DNA from: a virus
Lineage: Duplodnaviria > Caudoviricetes
Reading direction: 5' to 3' (one strand)
Virus record (IMG/VR): IMGVR_UViG_3300025322_000026
Span: 1 to 54,461 of that record
DNA length: 54,461 nucleotides
Shown here piece after piece: positions 26,970 to 35,861 of this stretch (positions are counted from its first letter, which is position 1; the number at the start of each line of letters is the position of its first letter). Made by a program: the position numbers and the translations under genes. The notes under the pieces are model-generated. The model made no database searches and had not been told where the DNA came from. It was given only the letters and a program-made list of their open reading frames with translations.

Positions 26970-28991
26970 CTAGTTGGGCAGCTCGGATGGCCCCAGCATC
27001 TTGTCCAAGAAGGGGATGCCGGTCGCGCGCTCAATGGGTGCTTCGGTCTCTTTCGGATGGTCCTTCCCGAGGGTGGTCCGACCATCGATCCGGGTCTCTT
27101 TGCGGCCGATGATCGATTCCGCGCGAGCCTTCAGGGATGCCTTCGGCGTCTCTTCGATGACCTGCTTGATCTTGGTCTCGTCGTCTAGCGCGAGGGCTTC
27201 GATTTTTTCGGTCAGACCCTTCACTGCATCGCGGATCTCGACCAGGACCCCACCGAAGACTTTGAGAGCCTCTTCGGTATCGGATCGGAGTTCCTCAACA
27301 TCGGTCGGCTTCTCTTCCTCTGGAACAACTTCTTCTTCGGGCTTCGTTTCGACTTTTTCCTCGTCCACTTCGGCCTCCTTCGTCTCTGCCTTTGGTTTGT
27401 CCGCCCCGAGCAGATCCTTGACGAAGGCCGTTAGGTCCTTCTTGCCGGGAACGGTCATGTCCTCGCTCTCATAGAGCGCGGTCAACTTCTTGATTGCAGC
27501 TCCTTTCTTCGGACCTTCGTACTTGTTTCCTCGGTAGCCCTCATGGAGAGCCGCCCAGGCAGCACCCATCAGGCCATGGTCCACTTTCCCATTCTTCATC
27601 ACCTGAAGATGCCAAGTCGTCGGCTTCTCTTCGTCCTCGACAACGAGATAGTCGCTGGGCTTCCCGGCTTTCTCGCCATCCGCCAGACCTTTCAGAAGGT
27701 TGAAATCTTCCAAAACAGATGGCGATGCAGTCTCGGAATTCACAACGAGAGTCATATTGACCGTCGGGCCATTCGGTTCTGTAGCCTCGGTCTCGGCCGC
27801 GGCCTTATGACTTACCCCAGCTGCTTCGAGTTCTTTGGTCTTCTCTTCCCCGGTCTTCATGATGAGATCGATCAATCCATCCGCGCCCGTCTCATCCTCG
27901 ATGGCTTTCAGTGCATCGATTTGCTGTTTGTTCACAGACATCACCTCCATCTTGGGATTATGCGGGTTGGCCGCGGCGTTCCCGGGAAGAACCGTGGTTT
28001 TCTGTTTCTCAAACCAGTCGTAGACGCCATCTTTTCGGTCTTCGGCTCGATAAGAGAATTCATGCGATGCACCCCAACCCTCAGGAGAGATGATTTCATG
28101 ACTGTCTGGGTGCGCCTCGAAGAACGCTTTAAATGCCTGGCCAATCTTCGTATCGTCGAAGGTCCCCATCTCGGCCAGGAAGCGACCGCTCATGCCCTGC
28201 CAGCGGATCGTCCCGAACTCAGTTCCGGGGATGTGCCAGAAGTCAAAGGCTCCCTTGGTTTCATCATCAGCATGGCGTTGGACGTAATTCTCAATCGCTT
28301 TTGTGCGGAATGTTTCTTCGTCCCGATCCTCAAACCCGTTGGTCGACCAGACCAGGAGCCAGTCTTTCTTGTCCTTGCCCTTGAACAGCTTGATCCCATG
28401 GGTTCCTTTGATCTCGGGCTTATCGTCATAGGTTGCCCATCCGAGGAAGGCTCCCATGTCATCCATGAGTTTGGAGAAGCGATCCTTGAGGTCCTGGACG
28501 AATCGAAGTTTCGAGGTTCTCAGGCACCGGCCAGCTTTCTCCGCGGCTTCAATCCATTCTCTCCTCTCCGTGACCTCTTTCCATTCATCACGTGGCGAGA
28601 ATTCATAGCCGCCATCAGTCTCGGTGTACGAAGTTCGGTAATATTTGCCCCCCAATTTCACGATGACTTCTTGCATTGATGGCCACGAATCACAGATCCA
28701 GGGCACTGGCGAATAGTTGACCTGTTCTGGTGCAGCGAGCGTCGGAGGTGGTCGAAACAGTTCCTCAAGGGACTGCTGAAGTTGTGATCGAACCTCCCCT
28801 GCCCCTTCTTCACCATCTAGGAGTGCCTTGTCTTGCTTCGCCACTTCGGCCTCCTTCTTGGCCTCCCGCCACTTGGAATAGCAGATGGCGGCTGCTTGCT
28901 TCGGATCCTTCGCAGTACCATCCTCGATGACAAGAGGAACGCATCTGGATATAAAGTCTTTCTGAATTTCTCCCTCTAGTGGCTCTGGCAT
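26970..28991 (-). CDS. Prohead protease/scaffold fusion
   Basis: DFISRC..QAAAICYS N-domain; DRDEE, FWH, GASHEF, VLP..AANP protease-like motifs; acidic helical C-terminus. Confidence 0.75.
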   Translation of the reverse strand: MPEPLEGEIQKDFISRCVPLVIEDGTAKDPKQAAAICYSKWREAKKEAEVAKQDKALLDGEEGAGEVRSQLQQSLEELFRPPPTLAAPEQVNYSPVPWICDSWPSMQEVIVKLGGKYYRTSYTETDGGYEFSPRDEWKEVTERREWIEAAEKAGRCLRTSKLRFVQDLKDRFSKLMDDMGAFLGWATYDDKPEIKGTHGIKLFKGKDKKDWLLVWSTNGFEDRDEETFRTKAIENYVQRHADDETKGAFDFWHIPGTEFGTIRWQGMSGRFLAEMGTFDDTKIGQAFKAFFEAHPDSHEIISPEGWGASHEFSYRAEDRKDGVYDWFEKQKTTVLPGNAAANPHNPKMEVMSVNKQQIDALKAIEDETGADGLIDLIMKTGEEKTKELEAAGVSHKAAAETEATEPNGPTVNMTLVVNSETASPSVLEDFNLLKGLADGEKAGKPSDYLVVEDEEKPTTWHLQVMKNGKVDHGLMGAAWAALHEGYRGNKYEGPKKGAAIKKLTALYESEDMTVPGKKDLTAFVKDLLGADKPKAETKEAEVDEEKVETKPEEEVVPEEEKPTDVEELRSDTEEALKVFGGVLVEIRDAVKGLTEKIEALALDDETKIKQVIEETPKASLKARAESIIGRKETRIDGRTTLGKDHPKETEAPIERATGIPFLDKMLGPSELPN

Positions 28992-29000
28992 TCGATGTAG

Positions 29001-29521
29001 TCCAATGTTATAATAGAGACATGAAAACGATCCTAGGCCACCCAGAGTACAGAATCACGACAGACGGAAGAGTATTCTCCCTGCGCGGTGAGATCGCACA
29101 GATCCGACGTTCTGCCTATGATGGAGGACCACGCTATGCCTCTGTGCATCTCTGCGGAAATGCCAGTGGAAACTACTATGTACATCGCCTCGTCCTTGAA
29201 ACTTACATTGGGCCATGCCCGGGGGGGATGTGTACTAGGCACCTGAATGGGAGATCCCTTGATAATCGTCTTGAAAATCTCAGATGGGGAACGCCCGCCG
29301 AAAATGTAGCGGACCAGATTGCCCACGGCACCTTTTCTGTTCAACGGGGCGAGGCACACGGTGGCTCTAAGCTCAGCGAAAGCGACATTCGTGAGATCCG
29401 AAATCTTGCGGCGAGCCGTAGATATTCCCAGTCGGAGATCGCCAAAAGATTTAATATCAGCCAGCCCTTGGTCAGTCTGATCCATCTTCGGAAACGCTGG
29501 GAACATATTTGAAGCCCTTCC
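29001..29521 (+). mobile_element. Antisense HNH cassette 2, inserted at the protease RBS
   Basis: TCCA 29001, TATAAT 29009, HNH gene, TCCT 29519; removal restores AGGA-9 nt-ATG for the protease. Confidence 0.7.
29021..29512 (+). CDS. NUMOD4-HNH homing endonuclease, probably leaderless
   Basis: YRITTDGRVFS, VHRLVLETYIG, RHLNG..DNRLENLRWGT..EN, C-terminal HTH; TGTTATAAT 6 nt before ATG. Confidence 0.92.
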   Translation: MKTILGHPEYRITTDGRVFSLRGEIAQIRRSAYDGGPRYASVHLCGNASGNYYVHRLVLETYIGPCPGGMCTRHLNGRSLDNRLENLRWGTPAENVADQIAHGTFSVQRGEAHGGSKLSESDIREIRNLAASRRYSQSEIAKRFNISQPLVSLIHLRKRWEHI

Positions 29522-29544
29522 TGCGGTCAAGTAGATCATCCTCG

Positions 29545-29575
29545 AAAAGCAAAGGCGCGGCTCTCAGGCCGCGCC
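29545..29575 (-). terminator. Intrinsic terminator upstream of the protease-capsid operon
   Basis: GGCGCGGC-CTGAGA-GCCGCGCC followed by TTTGCTTTT on the - strand. Confidence 0.7.
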
Positions 29576-29607
29576 CAGTGCGAACGCGAATGGTTTGTGT
29601 CTGCCGA

Positions 29608-29616
29608 CATTCTACA
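29608..29616 (-). promoter_or_regulatory. Candidate -10 element TGTAGAATG
   Basis: Identical 9-mer also lies intergenic before the portal gene (46759-46767). Confidence 0.45.
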
Positions 29617-29622
29617 ACAAGT

Positions 29623-29904
29623 CTAGGTTTTCTGCTTTGCCTTTGTCCCGACTGCCCCGAGGGCCTCTAGGGCCTGCTCTGCCATCCGCTTGGGCTCCAT
29701 CGGGTCTCTTCGGGGTTCAGTCCAGGATACCGGGTAGCCATCCTGATCCACCAAGACGGATACCGTTATCATGGCATTCCCATCGTGCCCGCTCTTGGCT
29801 ACGCTCTGGAGCCTGCGGATCACGTTCAGCCATTGGGGCCGAATATCCTCAGGTAGGTAGGGCATCACAGGCCATAGCTCCCCCGATAGCGTAGGTCGAT
29901 CCAT
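29623..29904 (-). CDS. Hypothetical protein
   Basis: ORF colinear with the operon. Confidence 0.6.
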   Translation of the reverse strand: MDRPTLSGELWPVMPYLPEDIRPQWLNVIRRLQSVAKSGHDGNAMITVSVLVDQDGYPVSWTEPRRDPMEPKRMAEQALEALGAVGTKAKQKT

Positions 29905-30161
29905 CTGGCCGATTGCTTGGCATATTCCCTGAGTTCATCCAAGTCTAAGGGGAAGGAAAGTCCATGGTCTCCCACTGAACTCCAGCGACGACCATCCCTC
30001 CGAATGGCGATGTCAAAGTTTCCCCACATAACGCCGATCTTGGTTTCCCACGTGAATGTTCCCAGTTGACTAAGGGCCTCAATAAGATACCTCTCGAATT
30101 GTTCCGCCCAGGGCAGTGTATAGGCTTCCCACTGTTCGCGTGCCACTACGGTATCTATCAT
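29865..30161 (-). CDS. Hypothetical protein
   Basis: ATGA-coupled to the upstream gene. Confidence 0.55.
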   Translation of the reverse strand: MIDTVVAREQWEAYTLPWAEQFERYLIEALSQLGTFTWETKIGVMWGNFDIAIRRDGRRWSSVGDHGLSFPLDLDELREYAKQSARWIDLRYRGSYGL

Positions 30162-30670
30162 CCTCGTTTCGCCATCCTCAGACCCTTCAGATGGGCTTCC
30201 TTCATCGCCCGAAAGAAGGGTACCCGGCGTCTCTTTTGGATCTCCTGAGTGAACTGCCGAGCTTGAGTTCCTGGGTGCATGACTTGTTTCGGTCTCACGA
30301 GCCCTCCCGAACGCCGGCCCGATCGACTACCCAATATCCGCCTCCGGGTCTTCGCCGTGAAACCCGTCTGGAATGCGAGTGCCGAGGCGCGGCGGGCTTT
30401 GATGACATGCGCCCGCGTTCCATGGTCAACGTAGTGGAAGATCTCATCGTCGGTCGTCACCGCGAAGGCCGCGCCGCCACCCTCTCGGACTGGTTCGTTC
30501 CCATATTTGAAGTCTACTCGGAACTTGGGCTTGTGCTTCCAGGTACGTGTCGTCGCGAGATACAATCTCAGAACCTGATCGGACTGTCGGCCGAGTTCTG
30601 CGATCATCGCCTGTTTGTAGAGATCAGGCCTCATCTTGGGAGGATAGATCGCCTTGACTTGGATCGCCAT
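30158..30670 (-). CDS. HK97 gp10-like neck/tail-completion protein
   Basis: YVDHGTRAHVIK...VMHPGTQARQF; basic. Confidence 0.7.
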   Translation of the reverse strand: MAIQVKAIYPPKMRPDLYKQAMIAELGRQSDQVLRLYLATTRTWKHKPKFRVDFKYGNEPVREGGGAAFAVTTDDEIFHYVDHGTRAHVIKARRASALAFQTGFTAKTRRRILGSRSGRRSGGLVRPKQVMHPGTQARQFTQEIQKRRRVPFFRAMKEAHLKGLRMAKRG

Positions 30671-30671
30671 A

Positions 30672-31838
30672 TCAGCGTGGCCATTGTTCCAAGGTGAATT
30701 CCTGAAATGCTATACCTCCTGGACGCAGACTGCCATCATCGTTCATTAAAGCATAGGCTTTCGGGCCATCAATGCTGAACCAAACCGCGTATGGAATCTG
30801 TAAGTCGACCACAGCTCCCATCAGACCAGTTACTGTCTGGGGAAATAGATCCTGTTGACCGATCTCATTCGTGATAACCTGTTTCCCGGTTTTATGACTC
30901 ATGAATTCAACTGCCTCTGAAAAAGCTAAAGTATCTGGGATGTACCAATGGATATTGACGAAATCATTCGGGCCGTCGCGATAGACATCAAGGAGTTGTT
31001 TGCCTTTCACGATCTGGCCTTGGACATTGGCACTATCCAACTGGGCTTGTTCCTCAGGTGTGAAGACTCTTTGCCGAAACGAATCGGCCGCACTAATGTC
31101 TCCTTCTTCAATATAGCTATTCCAAACGAGGAGCGCGACCAGTTTGCTTACCATCCCACCATTGGTACAAGGGACCGCGTAGACGTGAGAGACTTGGCAG
31201 GCAACTTCTAGCTCTTCGGCATATTGAATCGGATCCCCGGAATAGAATGTTGTCGAGTTTTCTTCGTTCTCTACAGCAAGAATCAAGGGGGGATTCTGGC
31301 CAATGACTTCTTCCAATATCTGGCGATAGGTTTCAAGATCTGTTGGCGGATCCGTTGGATTCAGTGGACCCCCATTGGCTCGGATCGTGAGGACGACTAT
31401 GAGGCCAGCGTCCTCAGCCGATCTGCATTCCTCGCATGATCCATCCCATCGATCAAGGAAAACCGAATTAGGTCGGAAATAGATCGCCCCAAGTTCCTGG
31501 ACCATGGTGATACGTTCGCCAATCGACATCCCAGGTGCTTGGAGCATCAAACCGAATGGATTAGCCAAGGTTGCTATCTGCGTGCTAGTAGGCTGAATCG
31601 TTGGAATCAATGTTAGGGTATGTGTTGCAGTAGGGATTAATGTCACGGTCATGGTATTTGTTGGGATTGGGATGGGCGTTCGTGTAACTATAGGGATCGG
31701 GGTAGGAGTGGAACATACTGGCCGATTCGGGAAAAGCCGACACCACCATGGAATAGTTATCTCAGAACTGGCGATGTTCAAAGCCAGGAGAGATCCTAAG
31801 AGCATAACAATGGCTACACTGATCGCGATTTTCTTCAT
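30672..31838 (-). CDS. Secreted glycoside hydrolase-like protein (clan GH-A barrel) with Pro/Thr linker
   Basis: Signal peptide, TPT linker, ENEEN (acid/base), NIHWY, TNEIG (nucleophile). Confidence 0.7.
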   Translation of the reverse strand: MKKIAISVAIVMLLGSLLALNIASSEITIPWWCRLFPNRPVCSTPTPIPIVTRTPIPIPTNTMTVTLIPTATHTLTLIPTIQPTSTQIATLANPFGLMLQAPGMSIGERITMVQELGAIYFRPNSVFLDRWDGSCEECRSAEDAGLIVVLTIRANGGPLNPTDPPTDLETYRQILEEVIGQNPPLILAVENEENSTTFYSGDPIQYAEELEVACQVSHVYAVPCTNGGMVSKLVALLVWNSYIEEGDISAADSFRQRVFTPEEQAQLDSANVQGQIVKGKQLLDVYRDGPNDFVNIHWYIPDTLAFSEAVEFMSHKTGKQVITNEIGQQDLFPQTVTGLMGAVVDLQIPYAVWFSIDGPKAYALMNDDGSLRPGGIAFQEFTLEQWPR

Positions 31839-31853
31839 CTGTAATGGCTCTCC

Positions 31854-32521
31854 TTATCCGCCGATGAGGGAAGGGGGCCGACCTGGAGTAACGGGTTCAT
31901 CAGTCGGTGAGAGTGTACATCCACACCAATATCCTTTGCAAGCTAAATCACGGCTCCGTGGCAGGATTCCGTACCTCGCCCAGGTGCTCGCCCTGTAGAC
32001 GCGGCCATTCATATTTCGGCAATCCGCGCAATGCTCCTTGATGGGATTCCAAGTCCATCGCATCGGGCGGTCTGCACAAGCCATCTGGGCTGCGAGGTTC
32101 TTTATTCTGCCCCATTGATTCGCCCACATGGACGCGCGGATGATGAAGCGGTCAACCTTGGTATCTTCCTCCGCCCGTGCTGCCACAATCTCCTCAGCGA
32201 ATGGCAGTACCCGCTCGATCTCATCGCTCGTTTCCTGGTCGAACCTTTGAAGTTCCTCGGGCGATGAATCCCGCGGGAAGTTACCCCACAGTCCTTCGAT
32301 CCCTCTCGCCAAGCCTGACCAAAGAACCGATTGATCATTGAGATGTGGGAATCTACATAGCCGAAGAGGTCGATCCTATTGAACCATAGTGATCGGATCA
32401 GAGTCTTGAGCCTAGTTTCGTAGTCAGCCTGGGATTTGATCTCGGACGCGTAGCCGACCTTCAGGCCCATGTTCTCCGCAACAGCCAATGCCGCCAGCGC
32501 AATAACCTGAGATCGCTTCAT
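31854..32521 (-). CDS. Head morphogenesis (gpF/gp7-like) protein, frameshifted near 32270-32290
   Basis: EHCADC..NGRVY..C.G..CGC in 31854-32312; N-terminal half in 32102-32521; halves join by a -1 shift. Confidence 0.65.
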
Positions 32522-35514
32522 CGCTTGTGTACCGTCAATAGTAGCACAAGTTCTTCCTCGTCCTCATCCCAGAGGGTGGTTGTGGTTGAGGCCCTGCGCC
32601 TTCTTCGCCGCCCAGTAATGATGATCGTCGGCGGCAGGGTCGTCGTCGCCGTCAAGGTCGTGACCGTTGTGCCGCTGGTCGTCGTGCTGGTCGTCGTCGA
32701 CGTGGATGAGGTAGTCGTTGAAGTACTGGTAGTCGTGCTAGTCGTGCTCGTCGATGTGGAGCTAGAAGTAGTGGTCGAACTCGAAGTCGTCGAGGTGGAG
32801 GTAGACGAGGAAGTCGTTGTGCTACTGGATGTGCTCGTCGTCGAGGATGTGCTAGTTGCAGTCGTCGTCGTGCTTGTAGACGTACTTGTCGATGTACTTG
32901 TGGAGCTGGTCGAAGTCGAGGTACTGGTAGAGGTAGAACTGGACGTGCTGGTCGATGTCGAGGAACTTGTCGAAGTTGAGGTACTTGTGCTCGTCGAACT
33001 TGTGGAAGTTGACGTTGTGGTCGATGTCGATGTCGTACTCGTCGAAGTGCTTGTGCTGCTAGATGTCGTCGAGGTCGACGTGGAGCTACTGGTCGAACTT
33101 GAAGTGCTACTGCTCGTTGAAGTACTCGTCGATGTCGAGGTTGAGGTTGAACTACTCGATGTGCTTGAAGAGGTTGATGTTGACGTGGAACTGGTAGAGG
33201 TACTTGTCGAAGTTGAAGTTGAACTCGACGTACTGGTTGACGTAGAAGTGGATGTTGATGTGCTGCTTGTGCTCGTCGAAGTTGAAGTAGATGTGCTGGT
33301 CGTCGTTGATGTCGAAGTCGAACTCGTTGTAGAGGTCGTCGAACTGAGGGTCGTTGCTGTGGTCGTGGTTGAAGTTGAGGTTGTCGAGGTGGACGTGGAA
33401 GTTGAAGTGGTTGACGTTGACGTGCTCGTTGACGTTGAGCTGGACGTGCTAGTAGACGTACTGGTGCTTGTCGAAGTAGATGTACTCGTTGAACTTGTCG
33501 AGGTGGATGTTGAACTCGTGCTCGTAGATGTGGACGAGGAGCTAGTAGAGGTTGAGGTGCTCGTAGAACTGCTGGTTGACGTAGAAGTAGAGGTGCTTGT
33601 TGAGGTACTTGTAGAGGTTGATGAACTCGATGTGGTTGTGCTTGTAGAGGTGGTTGTCGATGTGGAACTCGTGCTTGTACTCGTCGACGTAGACGTGCTG
33701 GTGCTCGAAGATGTTGAGGTACTGGTGGAAGTAGAAGTCGATGTACTAGACGAAGTTGTACTCGTAGAGGTTGAGGTCGTAGATGTTGAGGTCGACGTGC
33801 TGCTAGTGGTCGTACTCGTAGAAGTCGTCGTCGAAGTGGTTGTTGTCGTTGAGCTAGTGGATGTTGACGTAGAAGTAGTCGTCGAACTGGAAGACGTGCT
33901 TGAGGAAGTAGACGAACTGGTGCTCGTGGAGGTCGAGGTTGAAGTACTCGTAGAAGTTGAAGTACTTGTTGAGCTAGTAGTCGTGCTCGTACTGGTAGAA
34001 GTGGATGAAGTCGATGTGGTTGTAGAGGTCGACGACGACGTAGTCGTTGATGTAGATGTCGAAGTAGTGCTGGTCGTCGTCGTGGTTGTCCCGGCCGCCG
34101 AGGCCAGAGGCCAGAAGCGGTGATCGTCGAAGAGGAGATAGACATGCCCACCCCGGCGAGGAGGGACGGGCAAAGTCGTTGTTGTCGTGGTCGAAGAAGA
34201 GGTTGTTGAACTCGATGTAGTCGTAGAACTACTGGTACTTGTCGTGCTTGTGGACGTTGAAGTGCTGGAGGAACTCGTACTGGTTGATGTCGATGTAGTT
34301 GTGCTCGACGAACTTGTGCTGGTCGATGTTGAGGTACTGGACGATGTGGATGTTGAGGTTGACGTGGAAGTTGATGTACTGGTTGAACTAGTCGATGTCG
34401 ATGTGCTCGTGGTACTAGAACTCGTTGAGGTTGATGTGCTAGTCGAACTAGAGGATGTACTAGTAGAAGTTGAGGTACTGCTACTCGTGGAAGTCGAAGT
34501 GGAAGTGCTAGTTGATGTCGAAGTGCTACTCGAACTTGTGGAAGTGCTCGTACTGGTTGAGGTACTTGAGGTCGAAGTGGAGGTAGATGTACTCGTAGTC
34601 GTCGTGCTTGTTGAGCTTGATGTACTCGTTGAAGTGGAGCTACTCGTCGAGGTAGAAGTTGAGGTGGACGTTGAAGTACTGCTGCTCGACGTGCTTGTCG
34701 AAGTAGAAGTAGTCGTTGAACTCGTGGATGTTGACGTTGAGGTACTGGTGGAAGTTGTGCTCGTCGAGGTACTGCTAGATGTTGACGTACTGGTCGAGCT
34801 ACTTGTTGATGTCGAGGTACTAGTACTTGTGGAAGTAGAACTGCTGGAGGTTGAAGTCGTAGTGCTGGTAGAAGTCGAACTCGTCGACGTTGATGTCGAA
34901 GTACTGGTGGAGGTTGTGCTTGTGGAAGTGCTTGTAGTGGTACTAGTCGAGGTTGTTGTCGACGTCGTTGTGGTGGTAGTCGTCGCCGGGGCTTCTTGCC
35001 CTAGCCACCACTTCCGCTCATCAAAGAATGTATAGACTTGATTTACCCGTCGTGGCGGATCTACCGCCGTCAACATTGTTGTGGTTGTGGATGAACTCGT
35101 TGTCGAACTTGAAGTACTTGTGCTTGTGCTGCTCGTTGAGGTAGATGTTGAACTTGTGGAAGTCGAACTGGAGCTGCTCGTACTCGTAGATGTGGAAGTA
35201 GAGGTGGAAGTAGAAGTAGACGTACTTGTGCTGCTCGTCGAGGTCGATGTACTCGTGCTAGTTGAGGTTGAGCTAGAACTTGTTGAGGTTGATGTCGAAG
35301 TTGAGGTACTCGTTGATGAAGATGTCGATGTAGACGTGCTGGTACTGGTTGAAGTAGATGAACTTGAAGTAGAGGTTGAAGTAGAGGTTGAAGTCGACGT
35401 TGTGCTGGTAGAAGTCGATGTGGATGTACTGGTCGACGTTGAAGTCGTCGTCGTGGTGGTAGTGGCAGGCTGCTCTTCAGCGGCCGTCAGAAGCGGCTGC
35501 CAAAGCCAGCTCAC
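32518..35514 (-). CDS. Mucin-like Ser/Thr-repeat protein, 998 aa
   Basis: About nine-tenths S/T with varied synonymous codons; GTG start overlaps the upstream TAG and the stop overlaps the next ATG; no signal peptide. Confidence 0.88.
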   Translation of the reverse strand: MSWLWQPLLTAAEEQPATTTTTTTSTSTSTSTSTSTSTTSTSTSTSTSTSSSSTSTSTSTSTSTSSSTSTSTSTSTSTSSSSTSTSTSTSTSTSSTSTSTSTSTSTSTSTSTSSSSSTSTSSTSTSTSSTSTSTSSSTTSSSTTTTMLTAVDPPRRVNQVYTFFDERKWWLGQEAPATTTTTTTSTTTSTSTTTSTSTSTTSTSTSTSTSTSSTSTSTTTSTSSSSTSTSTSTSTSTSSSTSTSTSSSTSTSTTSTSTSTSTSTSSTTTSTSTSTSSSSTSTSTSTSTSTSSSTSTSTSSSTSTTTTSTSTSTSTSSTSTSTSTSTSSSSTSTSTSTSTSTSTSSSTSTSTSTSSSSTSTSTSTSSSTTSTSTSTSSTSTSTSTSTSTSTSSSTSTSTSTSSSSTTTSTSTSTSSSSTSTSTSTTSTSSSTTTSSSTTSSSTTTTTTLPVPPRRGGHVYLLFDDHRFWPLASAAGTTTTTTSTTSTSTSTTTSSSTSTTTSTSSTSTSTSTTTSSTSTSTSTSTSTSTSTSTSSSTSSSTSSSSTTTSTSTSTSSTTTTTSTTTSTSTTTSSTSTSTSTTSTSTSTTSSSTSTSTSTSTSTSSSTSTSTSTSTSTSSTSTTTSTSTTTSSSSTSTSTSTSTSTSTSTSSSTSTSTSTSSSSTSTSTSSTSTSTSSTSTSTSTSTSTSTSTSSSTSTSTSTSTTSTSTSTSTTSTSTTTTATTLSSTTSTTSSTSTSTTTSTSTSTSTSTSSTSTSTSTSTSTSSSTSTSTSTSTSSTSTSTSSSTSSSSTSTSTSTSTSTSSSTSSSTSSSTSTSTTSSSTSTSTSTTSTSTTTSTSTSSTSTSTSTSTSSSTSTSTSSSTSTSTSTSTSSTSTSTSTSTSTTTTATSTSSTTSTSSSTTTSSSTSTSTTSSSTTTSSSTSTSTTSTTTSTSTTTSSTSTTTSTTTSGTTVTTLTATTTLPPTIIITGRRRRRRASTTTTLWDEDEEELVLLLTVHKR

Positions 35515-35861
35515 TATGTTACCTTACGTAATGACCAGCCGATGCTCCGATCCGTGCCGGCGATCTTTATGACGGAGACTTCCCAGCCGTGACCGACCAA
35601 GACCGTTGGCATCGACCATCCCGGCCTTGCCTGCAAGCCTACGAAGCTCCATTGCTCGATGAGCCTCTGGGTCGCGCCCGCGCCGTTGACCTTCTCGTAG
35701 AATCGAACGCGGTATTCATCCCCCGCGACCATGTTGGCGAAGTCGATCCAGCACTGGAGAATACAATCGTCCGTTTGCGGCGTCTGCGATGTGCTATCGG
35801 ACGCCAAGAAGTATTCCGTCGTGCTGATGGTCGCACTGTCGTCCACGAATGTGATCGTCAT
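35514..35861 (-). CDS. Small beta-rich putative virion protein
   Basis: ATGA-coupled start MTITFVDD. Confidence 0.65.
   Translation of the reverse strand: MTITFVDDSATISTTEYFLASDSTSQTPQTDDCILQCWIDFANMVAGDEYRVRFYEKVNGAGATQRLIEQWSFVGLQARPGWSMPTVLVGHGWEVSVIKIAGTDRSIGWSLRKVT

Noticed and set aside
27543-28679. 378-aa + strand ORF and similar long antisense ORFs over structural genes
   Set aside because: Typical antisense shadows of GC3-rich genes; no motifs or RBS.
29033-29539. 168-aa - strand ORF over HNH 2
   Set aside because: Antisense shadow with no recognisable motif; its first seven codons would fuse in frame to the protease if the cassette were removed, but AGGA is more simply read as the protease RBS.
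32518-35514. Possible CRISPR array or DNA tandem repeat
   Set aside because: No constant repeat with unique spacers; the periodicity is codon-level.
32525-35572. Long + strand V/L/E/D-rich ORFs and the 499-aa R/P/Q-rich - strand ORF
   Set aside because: Shadow frames of Ser/Thr codons; only the S/T frame spans the whole region and is coupled to both neighbours.
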